This document shows positions 1-12,110 of a stretch of DNA of 47,043 nt, piece by piece. The DNA lies in assembly GCA_022813965.1 (NCBI GenBank), contig JALDZS010000072.1:62001-109043 (forward strand). Reading direction: 5' to 3'. Position 1 is the stretch's first letter. Every line of letters begins with the position of its first letter. Below the pieces are notes generated by a model, which saw only the letters and a list, made by a program, of their open reading frames with translations, was not told the DNA's origin and did no database searches. The position numbers and the translations under genes are program-made. The DNA is from Toensbergia leucococca (Eukaryota).

Positions 1-146
1 CACTCGGGATACGATATATGTGGAATCGGGAGACAGTTAGCCAGCGGCAAATATGAAGTACTATGGCTTACATTAACCACAAAAAATGCCAAATAGGCAA
101 ATGGGCTAACAGTGTCAAGGTACACGGTAAGCTTTGGTCTTGCCAT
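1..146 (-). CDS. Glutathione S-transferase kappa / DsbA-like (HCCA isomerase family) protein, 5' end only; runs off the window
   Basis: ATG at 146 gives MARPKLTVYLDTVSPFAYLAFFVVN, with the D-x-x-S-P-F/Y N-terminal motif of GST-kappa. A GTAAGC donor follows at 71, with a GCTAAC branch point near 40. Not in the ORF track. Confidence 0.75.
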   Translation of the reverse strand, partial: MARPKLTVYLDTVSPFAYLAFFVVNVSHSTSYLPLANCLPIPHISYPE

Positions 147-592
147 AATGATGAAGTCAACTTGGGCGAGGGGAGACACAATTTCAGGGGCCAAAGAGAT
201 CAGTGAATAGAATTGGCTGATCTCAATATTCTAGAGGACCTGTCGGATATCCACAGATCAACGTTCTGTAGAACTCGTACGTATACTCCTTAATAAGAAC
301 GGAAGAGAGATAGTACTCGTGGACTCGAAGGATTCCTTCTTGTCCATAATGTCACGGATACCACCCTCGCCACGGGGAAGTCACAGCTCACAAGCGAGTC
401 CGGCTCTGGCTCGGATCATTATTGCTGTCTCACCACTTTTCCACTTTTGCACACTTCCTGATTCCTCTAGAATACCAACATGTCCGCAGAGCTTCAGAGA
501 CCTTTGTGTTCATACGAACACATTGTTTATTGAGTCTACATTTCAGCTAGTCGTTCTTTAGACGTCACTCCTTTCATCGCTGCTTTCACAAC

Positions 593-2668
593 ATGACTAC
601 TGCCCTGAGCAAACGCCATCAGGCCCGAAACGAGAGGGCACTTCAGGAGCTGATCAAGACCGTGCCGGGGAACGATAAATGTGCAGATTGCCAAGCCAAA
701 AACCCAGGTACCTCACTCCTTCAGACTGGTGTCGCTCGCTGTATTAAGCTGACATGTACCGTGGATAGGATGGGCTAGTTGGAATGTAAGACTCCGTTGT
801 TTCAATCGGGATTGGGAATTGGTGAACAAGTAATTGACAGGAGTTTGGAATTATAGCTGGGCATTTTTCTATGCATGCGATGTGCCGCTCTCCACCGCAA
901 GCTCGGAACCCACATATCCAAGATCAAGTCGCTGAGCATGGACAGCTGGTCCAACGATCAAGTAGATGTCAGTTGCTTACATTTTCATCCCCACGTCAAA
1001 ATTGCGCCCCTATTGACAATTTTGAAGATTATGAAGCGTACTGGGAATACCGCCTCGAATCGAATATACAACCCCCAGAACACGAAGCCCCCGATACCCC
1101 TTGATATAGATGAGGTCAATTCGGCAATGGAGAAACATCTGAAGCAAAAATATGATCAACGACTGTTCTCTGGTGGATCCGTATCCTCGAATATACGCCA
1201 TGATACTGGTAGCACAGTAAGCTCAGAAGATCGACCACCTCCTCTGCCACCCAAACCTGCTAGGCGCTTTGGCTTTGGTTTGCGCGCTTCATCTTCAGCC
1301 CTCCCTTTATCGAGGAGCACTCAAATTTCCCCACCAGTATCCCCGGGCCCCGATGGCACGTATGGTCTTGGCCCATCATCGCCGCCGCCAATCCGAGCCA
1401 ACAAACAGTCGAGAGTCTTTGGTGCAATTGTGGGCGGTACTCCGGAAAACATAGAGTCGAAACTCGCCATGTTAAGAGATATGGGATTCCGGGATGATAA
1501 GCGCAATGTCAATATTTTACGGGGACTTGATGGTGATCTTGAGCGGGCAATCGAGTCCCTTGTGCGACTCGGGGAGGGTAGTACTCCAGCTTCAACTTCG
1601 AGATCGTCAGCACAAAGCAAGGCTGCCAGTACACAGGCTGCGTCTCAGGAAGCTGAATATCAAAGCATTTTGAGCCAGCATGGGCAAGTAAACAGTCAAG
1701 TCGTACTTCAACACCCTTCACAGGACTATCAGAATTCCAACCCTTCGAACCCGTTTCAGCAGCAAGACCATGAGCCTCAGCCAGCCTATGACTTAGAGAA
1801 CAATATCCACAACCTACAAATATCACAACCGCTTTTCCTCAACTCCACGGGAGGTTACCCTAGCCAGCAGCAACAAATTCAAGAAATGCGATTCCAACAA
1901 TCAATGACGCCTCCCGTTCCCCAACTTTCTCAACATTACGTGTATTCAGACCAGTATTCGCAGCCCTTACAATCGCCTACCTCTACCTACAATCCATTTC
2001 TACCAGCGCCCCAGCAAACACCAGCGAACGCCTACGCCTCCACCCCGCAGCCATTCGGATCTTCTAATCCTTATCTGAACCACGTCCCTAACAACGGACA
2101 CGCTTCTCAACTTGCTCAAGGACAATTTCCACAGCAACAGTTCGGCCAGATTTCGCCTCAGCAGGAAACACATGGATTGAATTCGCAGGCTCAACAATAC
2201 CCTCAAAACGACCCGTCCATGTACCAAACCATTCCGCCTCAATCCTCATGGCAACCTCAATCTCAAATGTTGCAGCCTCAGCAAACCGGGCGTATCGATA
2301 AATCAAGTATTCTGGCTCTGTACAATTACCCTCAGTCACCACCTCTAGCTACAGCGAGCAGCTTCAACGAAACCACCTCGGCGCAACCAACATCTCCAGT
2401 CAACACTCATATCCCCAGACTCCCTCCTGGTGTCCAGCCTCTGCAGGGAAAACGAAGCGCGACTATGCCTGCACAACTCTCAGCCGGGAGTCGCAACCCA
2501 TTCTTAGCCTCCACCACTCTTCCTGGAACGAGCTCAGGAGATCCGACGATGACAAATGGGGGCGTTAGTAGGCATGTCAGTCAAGAGAGTGCAGATGTAG
2601 GTGGGCTGCAAAGCGGACGGCATAGTCCTGATGTATTTGCGAGCTTAAGCGCGAGGTTTGTACGATGA
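593..2668 (+). CDS. GTS1: ArfGAP-domain protein with UBA-like domain and Q/P-rich C-terminus (Gts1-like)
   Basis: Exons 593-707, 769-785, 857-967, 1028-2668 give CADC..NPGWASWNLGIFLCMRC..HR.LGTHISKIKSLSMDSW (ArfGAP zinc finger). LRDMGF...GDLERAIESL is UBA-like; NPF motifs present. Confidence 0.85.
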
Positions 2669-3248
2669 GAGCTTATATCTTGTATAAAATCTGGCTGGCT
2701 ACATTCTGTATGAATTTACGACGAAGCTCAAGAATAAAATATTTCAATTCGGTTACCAAGGAAGCGGTTATTCGTTATGCCTCGAGAGTATAGGAGCATC
2801 ATTTCTCACGCAATTTTACTTTCGATCGCTTGCGTTTCTAAGTTTCCAGTTTACTACCCTACTCGTGCATCCTAGCGTGAAGCTTACGGCCCTGTTAACC
2901 AACTTAATCAAGGAGGAGCTAGGATTTGATGGAGGTGCCTGAAGAATTGAGTCAGAGAAACAACGGCACTCTGCTGATTGTGTGATTCTGTATTTGCAAC
3001 AACGCAGCAAGTTCGGCTGGGCGGGTGGTGGATTCAATACATACCTTACTTAGCCCCCGCATTATACCCCTCATCCAACTCCACCCCCGCCATTTGCAAC
3101 AGCACTCCTTTCGTCTCAACCACACACACACACCTCCTAAGCACAACTTTCACAATCTCAATTTCTCAATTTTTCAAAAATTCAGATCACTCCAGCGGAG
3201 CAACACACACTCCCCCTTCTCCTTCCCCTTCCCATCCAGCCAAAAGCA

Positions 3249-4307
3249 ATGGCCTCCCCCCCAACCCTCCACACCCCGCTCTGCACCCTCCTCTCAATCA
3301 CGCACCCCGTCCTCCTCGCCGGCATGGCCCATACCTCAACCGCTCCCCTCGCCGCCGCCGTCTCCTCCGCCGGCGGCCTGGGCGTCATCGGCGGCCTAGG
3401 CTACACGCCCCTCCAACTCCGCGAAATGATCCACGAGCTCAAAGCCTCCCTCTCTGCCCCCAATCTGCCTTTCGGCGTTGATCTCGCCCTGCCGTCTCTA
3501 GAGGCTGGAGCGCGCAAGACGAATCATGACTATACGCACGGGCAGCTGGATGAGTTGGTGGAGGTCTGTGTGGAGGAGGGGGCAAGGCTGTTTGTTAGTG
3601 CTGTGGGGGTACCGCCGCCTAGTGTGGTGAGGAGGTTGCATGAGGGGGGCGTGGTGGTTATGAATATGGTTGGGGCGTTGAAGCATGCTATCAAGGCTTT
3701 TGAGGCCGGGGTGGATATTGTTTGCGCGCAGGGAGGGGAGGGTGGGGGGCATACGGGGGAGGTTGCGACGGGGATCCTGGTTCCGGCTTGTGTTGATGTG
3801 GCGAGGGGGTATAGGCCCAAGATGCTGTTGGGTAAAGAGGGGATGGTTGTTGCGGCAGGGGGGATCTGGGATGGGAGGGGTTTGGCGAGTGCGTTGGTCA
3901 TGGGAGCGGTGGGCGTGTGGGTTGGGACGAGGTTTGTGGCGTCTGAGGAGGCGGGGTGCAGTGGTATGCATAAGGAGGCGGTTGTCGGGGCTGGGTGGGG
4001 GGATACTGTTCGGACGTTGGTGATTACGGGAAGACCGTTGAGAGTACGGAGGAATGAGTATATTGATGGGTGGGAGGGAAGGCAGGCGGAAATAAGGGAC
4101 TTGACGGAGAAGGGCGTGGTACCAATGCAGAAAGATCTGGAGGAGGGAGTGGACGTAGATTTTCCTTTTCTGATGGGGGAGGTCAGTAGTGTTATTGGCG
4201 ATATCAAGCCCGCGAGACGAATTATAAAGGATATGATCAGTGAGGCTGTGACGGTACTGAGGATTGGGACGGATTATATTAGGTCGGAGAGGGGGAGTAA
4301 GATATAA
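3249..4307 (+). CDS. Nitronate monooxygenase / 2-nitropropane dioxygenase family flavoprotein, probably peroxisomal
   Basis: Intronless 352 aa ORF with HPVLLAGM, QGGEGGGHTG, VAAGGIWDGRG and GVWVGTRF. The C-terminal SKI resembles a PTS1. Confidence 0.92.
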   Translation: MASPPTLHTPLCTLLSITHPVLLAGMAHTSTAPLAAAVSSAGGLGVIGGLGYTPLQLREMIHELKASLSAPNLPFGVDLALPSLEAGARKTNHDYTHGQLDELVEVCVEEGARLFVSAVGVPPPSVVRRLHEGGVVVMNMVGALKHAIKAFEAGVDIVCAQGGEGGGHTGEVATGILVPACVDVARGYRPKMLLGKEGMVVAAGGIWDGRGLASALVMGAVGVWVGTRFVASEEAGCSGMHKEAVVGAGWGDTVRTLVITGRPLRVRRNEYIDGWEGRQAEIRDLTEKGVVPMQKDLEEGVDVDFPFLMGEVSSVIGDIKPARRIIKDMISEAVTVLRIGTDYIRSERGSKI

Positions 4308-4462
4308 CTTCTATTACCGCAAGGAACTCTGCCTTTGGTGTGGCTGGCTCATTGATGCGGAAAAGCTGTAGCTATACCCATATCAAGCATTCGAGGTTCT
4401 TTTGAAGCCATAGTCATAATGAAACCATCCAGTACCTCGTAGTATTGACGTGAGCGGTTGAC

Positions 4463-4870
4463 TCAACCCAATCTGGTTTCCTTATCCTTGATAGGAAAGT
4501 CTGTTCCAGTCTTGCTATTGTACTGCCCACGAATAAAATCCGAGATTTGCTCGTCCTTGGCCTGCTCGACGGCTGACTCGTTGTCTTGTGGGCCTTGTCC
4601 TAGGCCGTACTGTTGAACTGCATCAATTCCTGTGTCAGGTATGAGTCAGCCATTGTGGTGATATTTCGAGAAGCTAGGGATGAGTATACCTTTGTCTAGC
4701 AGGTCCTCGTTCTTCTCACTCTCTCTACCTCCGCCGGCGGCGGTATTGAGCTTCTCGCTGATGCCCCCGAAGAAACCACCGCTCTGGGTTTGGTTGCTGC
4801 TTTGGGCTTGGTTGTTGTGCTGGGTTTGAGTGTCACTGCCCATGCCGATTGCGTTCTTGATGGAATCCAT
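4463..4870 (-). CDS. Small hydrophilic conserved fungal protein (stress-associated type)
   Basis: Exon 4870-4690, intron 4689-4630 (GTATAC..GCTGAC..CAG), exon 4629-4463: ...AAGGGRESEKNEDLLDKGIDAVQQYGLGQGPQDNESAVEQAKDEQISDFIRGQYNSKTGTDFPIKDKETRLG*. Confidence 0.8.
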
Positions 4871-5302
4871 TGTAGTTCGAGGTGCTAGATAGCTTGATGT
4901 TATTGATAGAAGCTTTATTGGATTGTGACCATATGTTTACTTACCTACAGTTTGGTTTGTAGAAGAAGTGAACAGTCTACAAATAGAGGAGTGGAGAAAT
5001 TATGAGAAGAAGGTTGACGACGTGGTGATTCGAGTGGATAGAATAAGAGAGTGTTCGATTCCGATGTCTCATGTTCTTGAGGCCGGGGAAAGCGATGACG
5101 TTACATGCTTCCCCTCATGTCCTAAGACGTGCCTGAGATGCTCCTTCTATAACTGACATTCAGCTGGCAAGCTTAGGACTTTGCAGACCTCGAGAATGTT
5201 CTCATACACGCCGGCCCTTCATTGACTGCGGGGCTAGTGGGGGTTTCCTTGGCACTGAGAGCATCATCATCTTGCTTCCATCGCCTTTAGACCAAACGCA
5301 GT

Positions 5303-6502
5303 ATGTCGTCAATCCCAGTCACCATTGTCACCGGATTTTTGGGAAGTGGAAAAACCACCCTGATCCTCAACCTGCTCCCTCAGCTACCAAAGAGTTATAA
5401 GATAGCTCTTCTCAAGAACGAGTTCGGTGACCTTGCCGTAGACTCGCAGTTGGCTTCCGCCTCAGCCATTTCGGGGGTTCAAGAGCTTCTTAATGGCTGC
5501 ATTTGCTGTAATTTGGTCGGCCAGGTGTATGTGTCTGCTGAGCCGCCCAAGTCTTCTTATCTCCTTTCTAATTGAATAAGCGGAGATGCACTCGAAAGCC
5601 TTCGCAAGGACGTTGCACCGGATCGAATCATCATTGAGACCAGCGGTTCCGCGTTCCCGGCCACGTTGGCCATGGAAATCAATAGGCTAGGCAGGGAGCT
5701 GGGTCATTATGTTCTGGACGGAGTGATTGTCGTCATTGATGTGGAGAATTGGAAGGGCTATGAAGACACAAGCTACACGGCTAAGATGCAGCAAAAATAT
5801 ACTGACTTGATTGTGTTCAACAAGTGGGAACTAGTCAGCGAGAGGAGATACGATGACTGTCTAGACCGTGTGGGAGATCTGGATCTTCAGGTGGCCTGCG
5901 TCAAGTCCGAGAAAGGACGTGTAGACCAAAGTGTGCTAATGGGGCTCGACAGTGCATTAGCCAAGAGCATGGCTCCTGTAATGGGCCTTTATGTGGATAA
6001 GCACGGTCATGACCATTCGTCTGATCATCAGAGCGAAGTCGAAGTCCTATCTGTGAGTCTAATATCTCAGGGAAGCAAGCAAGGGACCGTAGATCTCGAC
6101 ACTTTGGAGATGTTCCTGCTATCAGCCCCCAAGGACGAGATCTACAGAATAAAAGCCATACTAGCAGCATCTCGCCCGCCAGCTTCGTCAACTGGCAGCT
6201 CAGAGGATTATCAGGGAGGAACGACTGCGAACTACATCCTCAATTGGGCTTTTGGACGATGGACATTTACTCCCATAAAGACGGTTCTTCCATACACGAG
6301 CAGCGTGGTATCTTTAGCCCCCTCTCCTGGGACACTGGCTAAAGCGTCAGCTACCGAGAGCCTTGATCCTGTCCTCAGGATGACTATTATTTTAGCACGA
6401 CATGAAGCTGAGAAATGGAAGAAACGTATAGAAGCGGGAGGACTCGTTGAGCACGAAGGCGAAGGTCTGAATCGAATGCCAAAGGTCGAGAGGATAGTAT
6501 AG
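5303..6502 (+). CDS. COG0523 / CobW-family G3E P-loop GTPase (putative metallochaperone)
   Basis: Walker A GFLGSGKTT, NEFG, GCICC, IIIETSG, NKWE and a His-rich HGHDHSSDHQ segment. Intron 5527-5580 (GTATGT..CTAAT..AAG) joins the two ORFs in frame (GQVGDALESL). Confidence 0.92.
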
Positions 6503-7947
6503 GATTTTGGGACGTCGACGTTACGGTAATCCTCAACAGGGTCTTAGACGCTGCCACAGCAAGATCCAAGTGAGCAGGATATATGTCGGCGCCGTGTGCA
6601 TTGCTTAGAAATCAAGGAAGCCATGAGGAATAAGCCGTCGACTGTGAGACTGTCACTCGTTTTAGCCCCCACCATCCTACGTCGAATAGAAATACACAGG
6701 AACGGAAGGACCAAGCAATTGTTTTTCCTAAATCTATGACGAAGAAATTGATCCAGGGGAACTCCCGTGGTGGCTTCAGGACGCCATACATCTCTGCCTC
6801 AAGAATTCTCAAGGCCTAATTCGCTCGCACGAAGTAACGCGATCAAGCCACCTAATCAGTGACCCGAGACCAGAAGAACTTTGTCCTCGTTGCGCGATAA
6901 CTAGGCTCATACCGCCTCTCGTTTCGGCAGACTAAATATCGAGAGCACACACTTCGACGCCGTTTTGACGCTCCTTAACCACGTCTTCTTGCCGGAACGA
7001 CTGCCTAGAAATCTTTCACTCTACTGCTGAGCTACGAGGACATTAGAAGGTTTTATGAACGATCTTAAGATCCAACTAGATATAGATAGCATTTTGGAAT
7101 ATCCCTTAAGGTTACCAATTTCTCTTGTACACATGTCACATTAACAGCAAGAACCATCACCACATAATCCTAATCTCGTCACATCACAGTGCTCTTTCGT
7201 CCTACATACCTCTAACACGGATAATAATATTAAGAATTACTTCGCAAAAGCCCCCCAGAACCAAGAACACCGACACCAACCGAAATTCCCCAACCGAGCC
7301 ATCTGATTCCATCCCCGAATCCCCCAGTCCTCAGAACGCTAAACAAATGCAGTTCCCCCTCCCCCAAGTTCAACCCCCCAAATTCGTGGTCGATCGTAAA
7401 GCATGAAGTATATACAAGTTAGCTATTGCCCAAGTCGAAGCTGATTCCGAAGAAGCTGCAAGCAGGGATGAAGCGACCATGAGGGTTACGCAGGGTCTGT
7501 GCTGTTGATGGAACAATACTGTGGGGTTTTCATAGCGCAGTAGAGCAATTTTTTGTTGAGGTCCGGCTTCTTCTCCGAGGAATGCTGATTGTTGAGGATT
7601 GGGAGTTGCGGTCGTGATGGGGGGGAGCATCAGAGATCGCTGAAGCGCTGAATGGGGGAATGAGCATAATTGTTAGGGCGGTGTGGCGTGAGGTGATTTA
7701 TATCAGCTGTGATTGGAAGGTGTGGCGGTACGGAATCGCTGTCGGCTGCAGAAGAAGGTTTGAGGCTTGCTTTTCCTTTGGGGAGATTTGAGCCTGGGAC
7801 CTAGAGTTATAGGTTGTGATGGGGGGTGATACGGTCGGTATAGAGTTGGAAGGAAGAATTATAATGATGGTAATATGCTCGCGGGACTTCGCCGCTGCAA
7901 AAGCCGAAAAGCTCAACTTATGATAGGTGTAGCGTGCTTGCGAGACT

Positions 7948-9255
7948 TCATGTAAGTTGTTCTGGAGGTTTGGGCTCGGGCTCTGAGGCCGGTTCCATCT
8001 CTGGGGATGGGGGCTGCCTTCCAGCATCGACTTCTAGGGCCGGAGGTTCAGTAGCAGCCGGCTCTTCGAGAGACTTATCAATTGGCGTCATCGGAGACTT
8101 TTGATATCATCGTCAGCATTGGACCAGGTCACACATCTTGTCCACGCTTACCTTCGTATCATCTCCCATACCGCCTAGCCCCCGCTCAAGCGCCAGCCTC
8201 TGCGCCGCAATCCTTTTCCTCTCCACCTGCGCCTCCTCCTCCCTCCTCACACGCTCCTCCTCCCGCCGCAAATCAGTCATGGACGGCACATCGTCCTCCA
8301 CCGCCTCTGCTACATCAGGCACCTTCCTGCTAGATGTCGAACTCCCGCGGCCTCTCTTCCCAGGGCTTTTCGTATCTCTTGACGACGCCGTCTTCGTTGA
8401 TGCTCTTGAATCTGCAGGCCTTTTCCCCCGCGTTTTCCGGCTACTGTGGTCGTCCGATCCTGCCATGGTATTACCAGTCGTTCTCCTCTCTAGTACCATG
8501 GCAAATTCATCCCCAATTGGCACTGCGTCATCTTCGTCTTCGCTGGGGAAAAGATCCCCCCTTGAACTTAGCGAATTGGTCGTAGTTGTTGACTCAGCCG
8601 TGTCTCTCCTATTCCTCTTAAAGTTTCCCAGAGCATCCTCCGCCCCGCTTTCTTCACTCTCTTCAATCAACGCTTCCCCTTCCCCTCTACCTCGTCCCTT
8701 TCCAACGTTCTCCTGCAGATCCGCCGCCGAAGGCCGATACCTCACGCCCCTTCCACCAATTCTCCAGGGCAACCGCTCCAGAAAGCCAAACACCGATGAG
8801 CTCGGTACAATGGTCGGATCTCCGCTCCCATCCTTTGGTAATCCAATGCTCTTCCTCCTCACTCCTCTAGACCCATAACTCATTCCTCTCTGCTTTCCCG
8901 GCTGGCCTTGGTGTCCATCGCTCCCGGCTAAAAGACGATCCAGCTCATCGTTTCCCCACTCCCCCTCCCCGTCCTCTTCCCAATCATCATAAAAGTCAAA
9001 GCTCAACTCCTCACGTCCCCGACGAGCATTGCGGTGATGATGCCCGCGGCGCTGGTGGTGATGGTCATCGCGGGTAATAGCGGTAAAGCATGGGTGACAA
9101 GAAGCCTCCAGACAAGTGTGGAAGGAAGAGAGACAGGGTGTGACGTAGTTTTGGGAGAAGGTGAAGAGAGAAGCTTGGGTGGAGAGGTTGGCGGATTCGA
9201 GGTTTTGGGAGATTTGGTTGAGGGTTTGGCGGATACGGGGGTCATTACGACGCAT
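7948..9255 (-). CDS. Conserved hypothetical fungal protein (largely disordered; SFDFYDDW and DLFPSEDEDDAVP motifs)
   Basis: 380-aa ORF with a phase-0 intron 8151-8098 (GTAAGC..GCTGAC..AAG) and a 49-aa terminal exon ending in TGA at 7948. Function unknown. Confidence 0.75.
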
Positions 9256-9819
9256 TTTGAGACTCGAGGAGGGGCTAGATGAGGGTTGTGATCATGTATG
9301 ATTGTTGGGTGAAACGGGCTTATTAGGTAGATGGAGTGGGAGCGGCAGCAGCGGCGTTGAGGATCTCCATTGGCGAGATGAAAAACGGCTGTAAGCAAGT
9401 ATGCAGTTAGGGTTTGTCGAGTGCAATCATGGCGTGCTCTGGCTTTGTAGAAGTTGGATGTGCCCTCACTCCGGGGCGTGACCACGACGAATTGTCTGAC
9501 GGCACCAACGGTGTCTTGGCTCAAGTAGGCTAGCTCGCTAGACATTGAAATGCGGGTCCAGCCCTTCACTGCCTTCAGCCCTTCGAGTTCTTCAGCCCTG
9601 TGAATATTCGATCAGAAGATATCTAATCTAAGCCAGAGACCCCTCGACCCTCACACGTTCCATTGAGGAATATTCACAAGTTCATCATCCAGGTTCCTTG
9701 CTTAAGAACCTTCTCTCTTCGTCCAGTTGCTCAGCTCGATGAGTAGAAAGATGAGCTGACTCTCATGATTCTTTTCCACACGTCTTGTGAAACACCCTCC
9801 TACTCCAAAGTGCCCAATC

Positions 9820-10946
9820 ATGGTTCATTATATTCGATTCCTTAAGACACCATTGTTTTCGAAAAAAGCAGAAGGTCATATGCTTGTCAATGCTCTCATC
9901 ACTGTCACTACAGATCTGGGAGACGACTTTTTTCCTAGCCCACTACTAATAAGAGCTACTATCATATCATCCGAAGACCATCAAAATACACCCGTCAATT
10001 TTTTCTGGGGTAATGGGATGCGCCAGTTAGGGATTAGTATAGACATGAAGAGATCATCATACCCCGAATGGCCTGCAGAGTTGCGCCTCTCTGCTAATGG
10101 CGCTGACCTGGCAGACAATCTTGTCGAACAAACATCTATCGATATTCCGGAAATCATCAGTGCTTGGAGTGAGAGCCTCAAGACTGGTGTGACTGGCTAT
10201 CGAATTCAGAGGCGATTTGTCCTCCCACTGTCGCCTACCTTGACCATTTGGGAAGAGACTCGCGAGAGCATAGCTCGTCATATTTGGTAGGTCATCTGGC
10301 CTGTGTATTGATAATCGCTCACTGCGCCAGGGATGCTGGCATCGCACTTGTATCTTATCTAGCCACATTGCCCCAAGTGCCGTTCAAGAGTGAAAGCCCT
10401 TCATCACTTGCTGAGATTCTATGTGCTCGTCCCTCACAACAGCAGCTCAAGGTGCTCGAGCTAGGAAGTGGATGTGGAATTGTTGGTATAGGACTAGCAC
10501 AGATCCTTCCTGATTGCCAAATACTCCTCACTGATTTGCCAGAGGCAATGGAGATCCTCGGTTGCAATATTTCTGAAGCAAAGGCTGCTTCAAATTCGAC
10601 GCTTGAAAAGAGAGTCCTTGATTGGGGGGAGAGTGTGCCGGAAGCCATTGCAGAAGTGCAATACGACCTGGTCTTGGTTTCCGATTGTACTTACAATTAC
10701 GAGACCATTCCTGCTCTTGTGCGGACTCTTTCTGCTATGTGGATAAAATCACCAAATTTATCCATCGTCGTGTCTTTGAAAGCACGCCATTTCAGCGAAG
10801 CTACATTCTTTAGTATGATGAGCAACGCAGAATTCATCATTCAAGATCATGTTACCATTCCGGTACCGGATGGGCAACGTAACGATGATGGGCGTCCTCA
10901 TAAGGTCGTAGACATCTATCTGTATCAAAAAACTTCGGATAGTTAA
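9820..10946 (+). CDS. SAM-dependent protein methyltransferase, family 16 (METTL21/EFM-like)
   Basis: Start MVHYIRFLK. Intron 10287-10330 restores SIARHIWDAG; motif I VLELGSGCG, LTDL, LDWG and DLVLVSDCTY are present. Confidence 0.88.
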
Positions 10947-11269
10947 TGGTCATGGCCCGGGGGTGAGAGTTGAACTATTTATGACTCTGGAAAACGAATA
11001 TTCTGATTCGAATAAAGTAGTGTTTCCAATGACAAAAGAGCGGATGACGTGAGCGGGTGATACAATCTAGGAAGTCATGGCGTTGGAGAATGTGTCTGGA
11101 TACTCGTAGAATAGTGTAGTTCTGACTCTCTGGAAAGGATGGCAGGCATCTATCTGGCGTATGGGATGATGTTGCGGACTTGCGGTGAAGCTGTGCATCA
11201 ATTGGTGTTCTAGTCTTTCTGGAGGCACGCACTAGAGCTTCAATGTAGCTGGACATGCAGCCACCTGAA

Positions 11270-11319
11270 TGCAATCTGGTACAATCTGGTACAATCTGAT
11301 GCAATCTGATGCAATCTGT
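11270..11319. repeat. 10-bp tandem repeat, 5 copies of TRCAATCTG(G/A/T)
   Basis: tgcaatctgg tacaatctgg tacaatctga tgcaatctga tgcaatctgt, read directly upstream of the ODC leader. Confidence 0.9.
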
Positions 11320-11767
11320 AAGCAACGCTCATGTTCATGCTCATGCAAAAGTCGCCTGCCTGAGGTATCAGCTACATGGGTCGTCCAGTCACCGAGGCAT
11401 CTAGCCTAGATATGGGTCTTTTGCGCGCCTGTTGTTTGCTGAGGCCGAAAAGTATTTTATGTCATAAAGCTGGAAATGCCGCACAAAAAGTCAAAATCTT
11501 CTCTATCCCTGGTCCTCTGGCTTTTCATATCCCACCTCCACCTTGAATAACGATAACTTGATAAGTACCCTTGCTTCTCCCACCTACTCCACCTGTTCCC
11601 CCTCACTCCAACTCTCAACTGCTGTCGCCCCAACCCCAGTGAAGTCATCAACAGCATCTGTACGTAATTATTCACCCCCAATACTGCTCATCAAGAGTGT
11701 TGAGACCAAAGCTTACACTACCGTACTAGAGAAAGAGAGCCCTACCTAGTATTTCAGACTTGTCTAA

Positions 11768-12064
11768 GTCCCTTACGATTTACATCTTTCATCACGGCGC
11801 CACCGGCCTCGAAGCAATTCGCCCTTCAAGATCCGTCCTCACGCCCACACAGAGACATTCTCAACGACTTGCCACCCCCTGCAGAGAGTCTTTTGCCTCC
11901 CCAAGAATCCTCTCCCTGAGTCCCCACTTAACAACATACCGTTGTCCTCCCCAACACCTCAGCTGCCGCATAGGACGTCCCTAGAGGTTCTTCCTCCTTC
12001 CGAGGAAGAGTCGAGAAGGCCTCTTCAACCTAATTTCGCCACTGTCCTCTTCAAACCTCCTTAA
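11768..12064 (+). promoter_or_regulatory. Candidate non-AUG upstream coding region(s) in the ODC leader
   Basis: No ATG between 11479 and 12110. ACG in strong context (atcACGG, 11794) opens a 41-codon Pro-rich uORF ending at 11919. A second frame, 11768-12064, is open for 98 codons, contains LPPS and ends KPP-TAA-TAG. Confidence 0.5.
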
Positions 12065-12110
12065 TAGAATTTCCATTTTCCAGAACCAACCCAGATAGTA
12101 GCATTTTTGC

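Noticed and set aside
2978..4207. Long overlapping and antisense ORFs around the nitronate monooxygenase (likewise 8138-8878 and 36108-37008)
   Set aside because: Pro/His/Gly-rich shadows produced by the strong C or G skew, with no family motifs.
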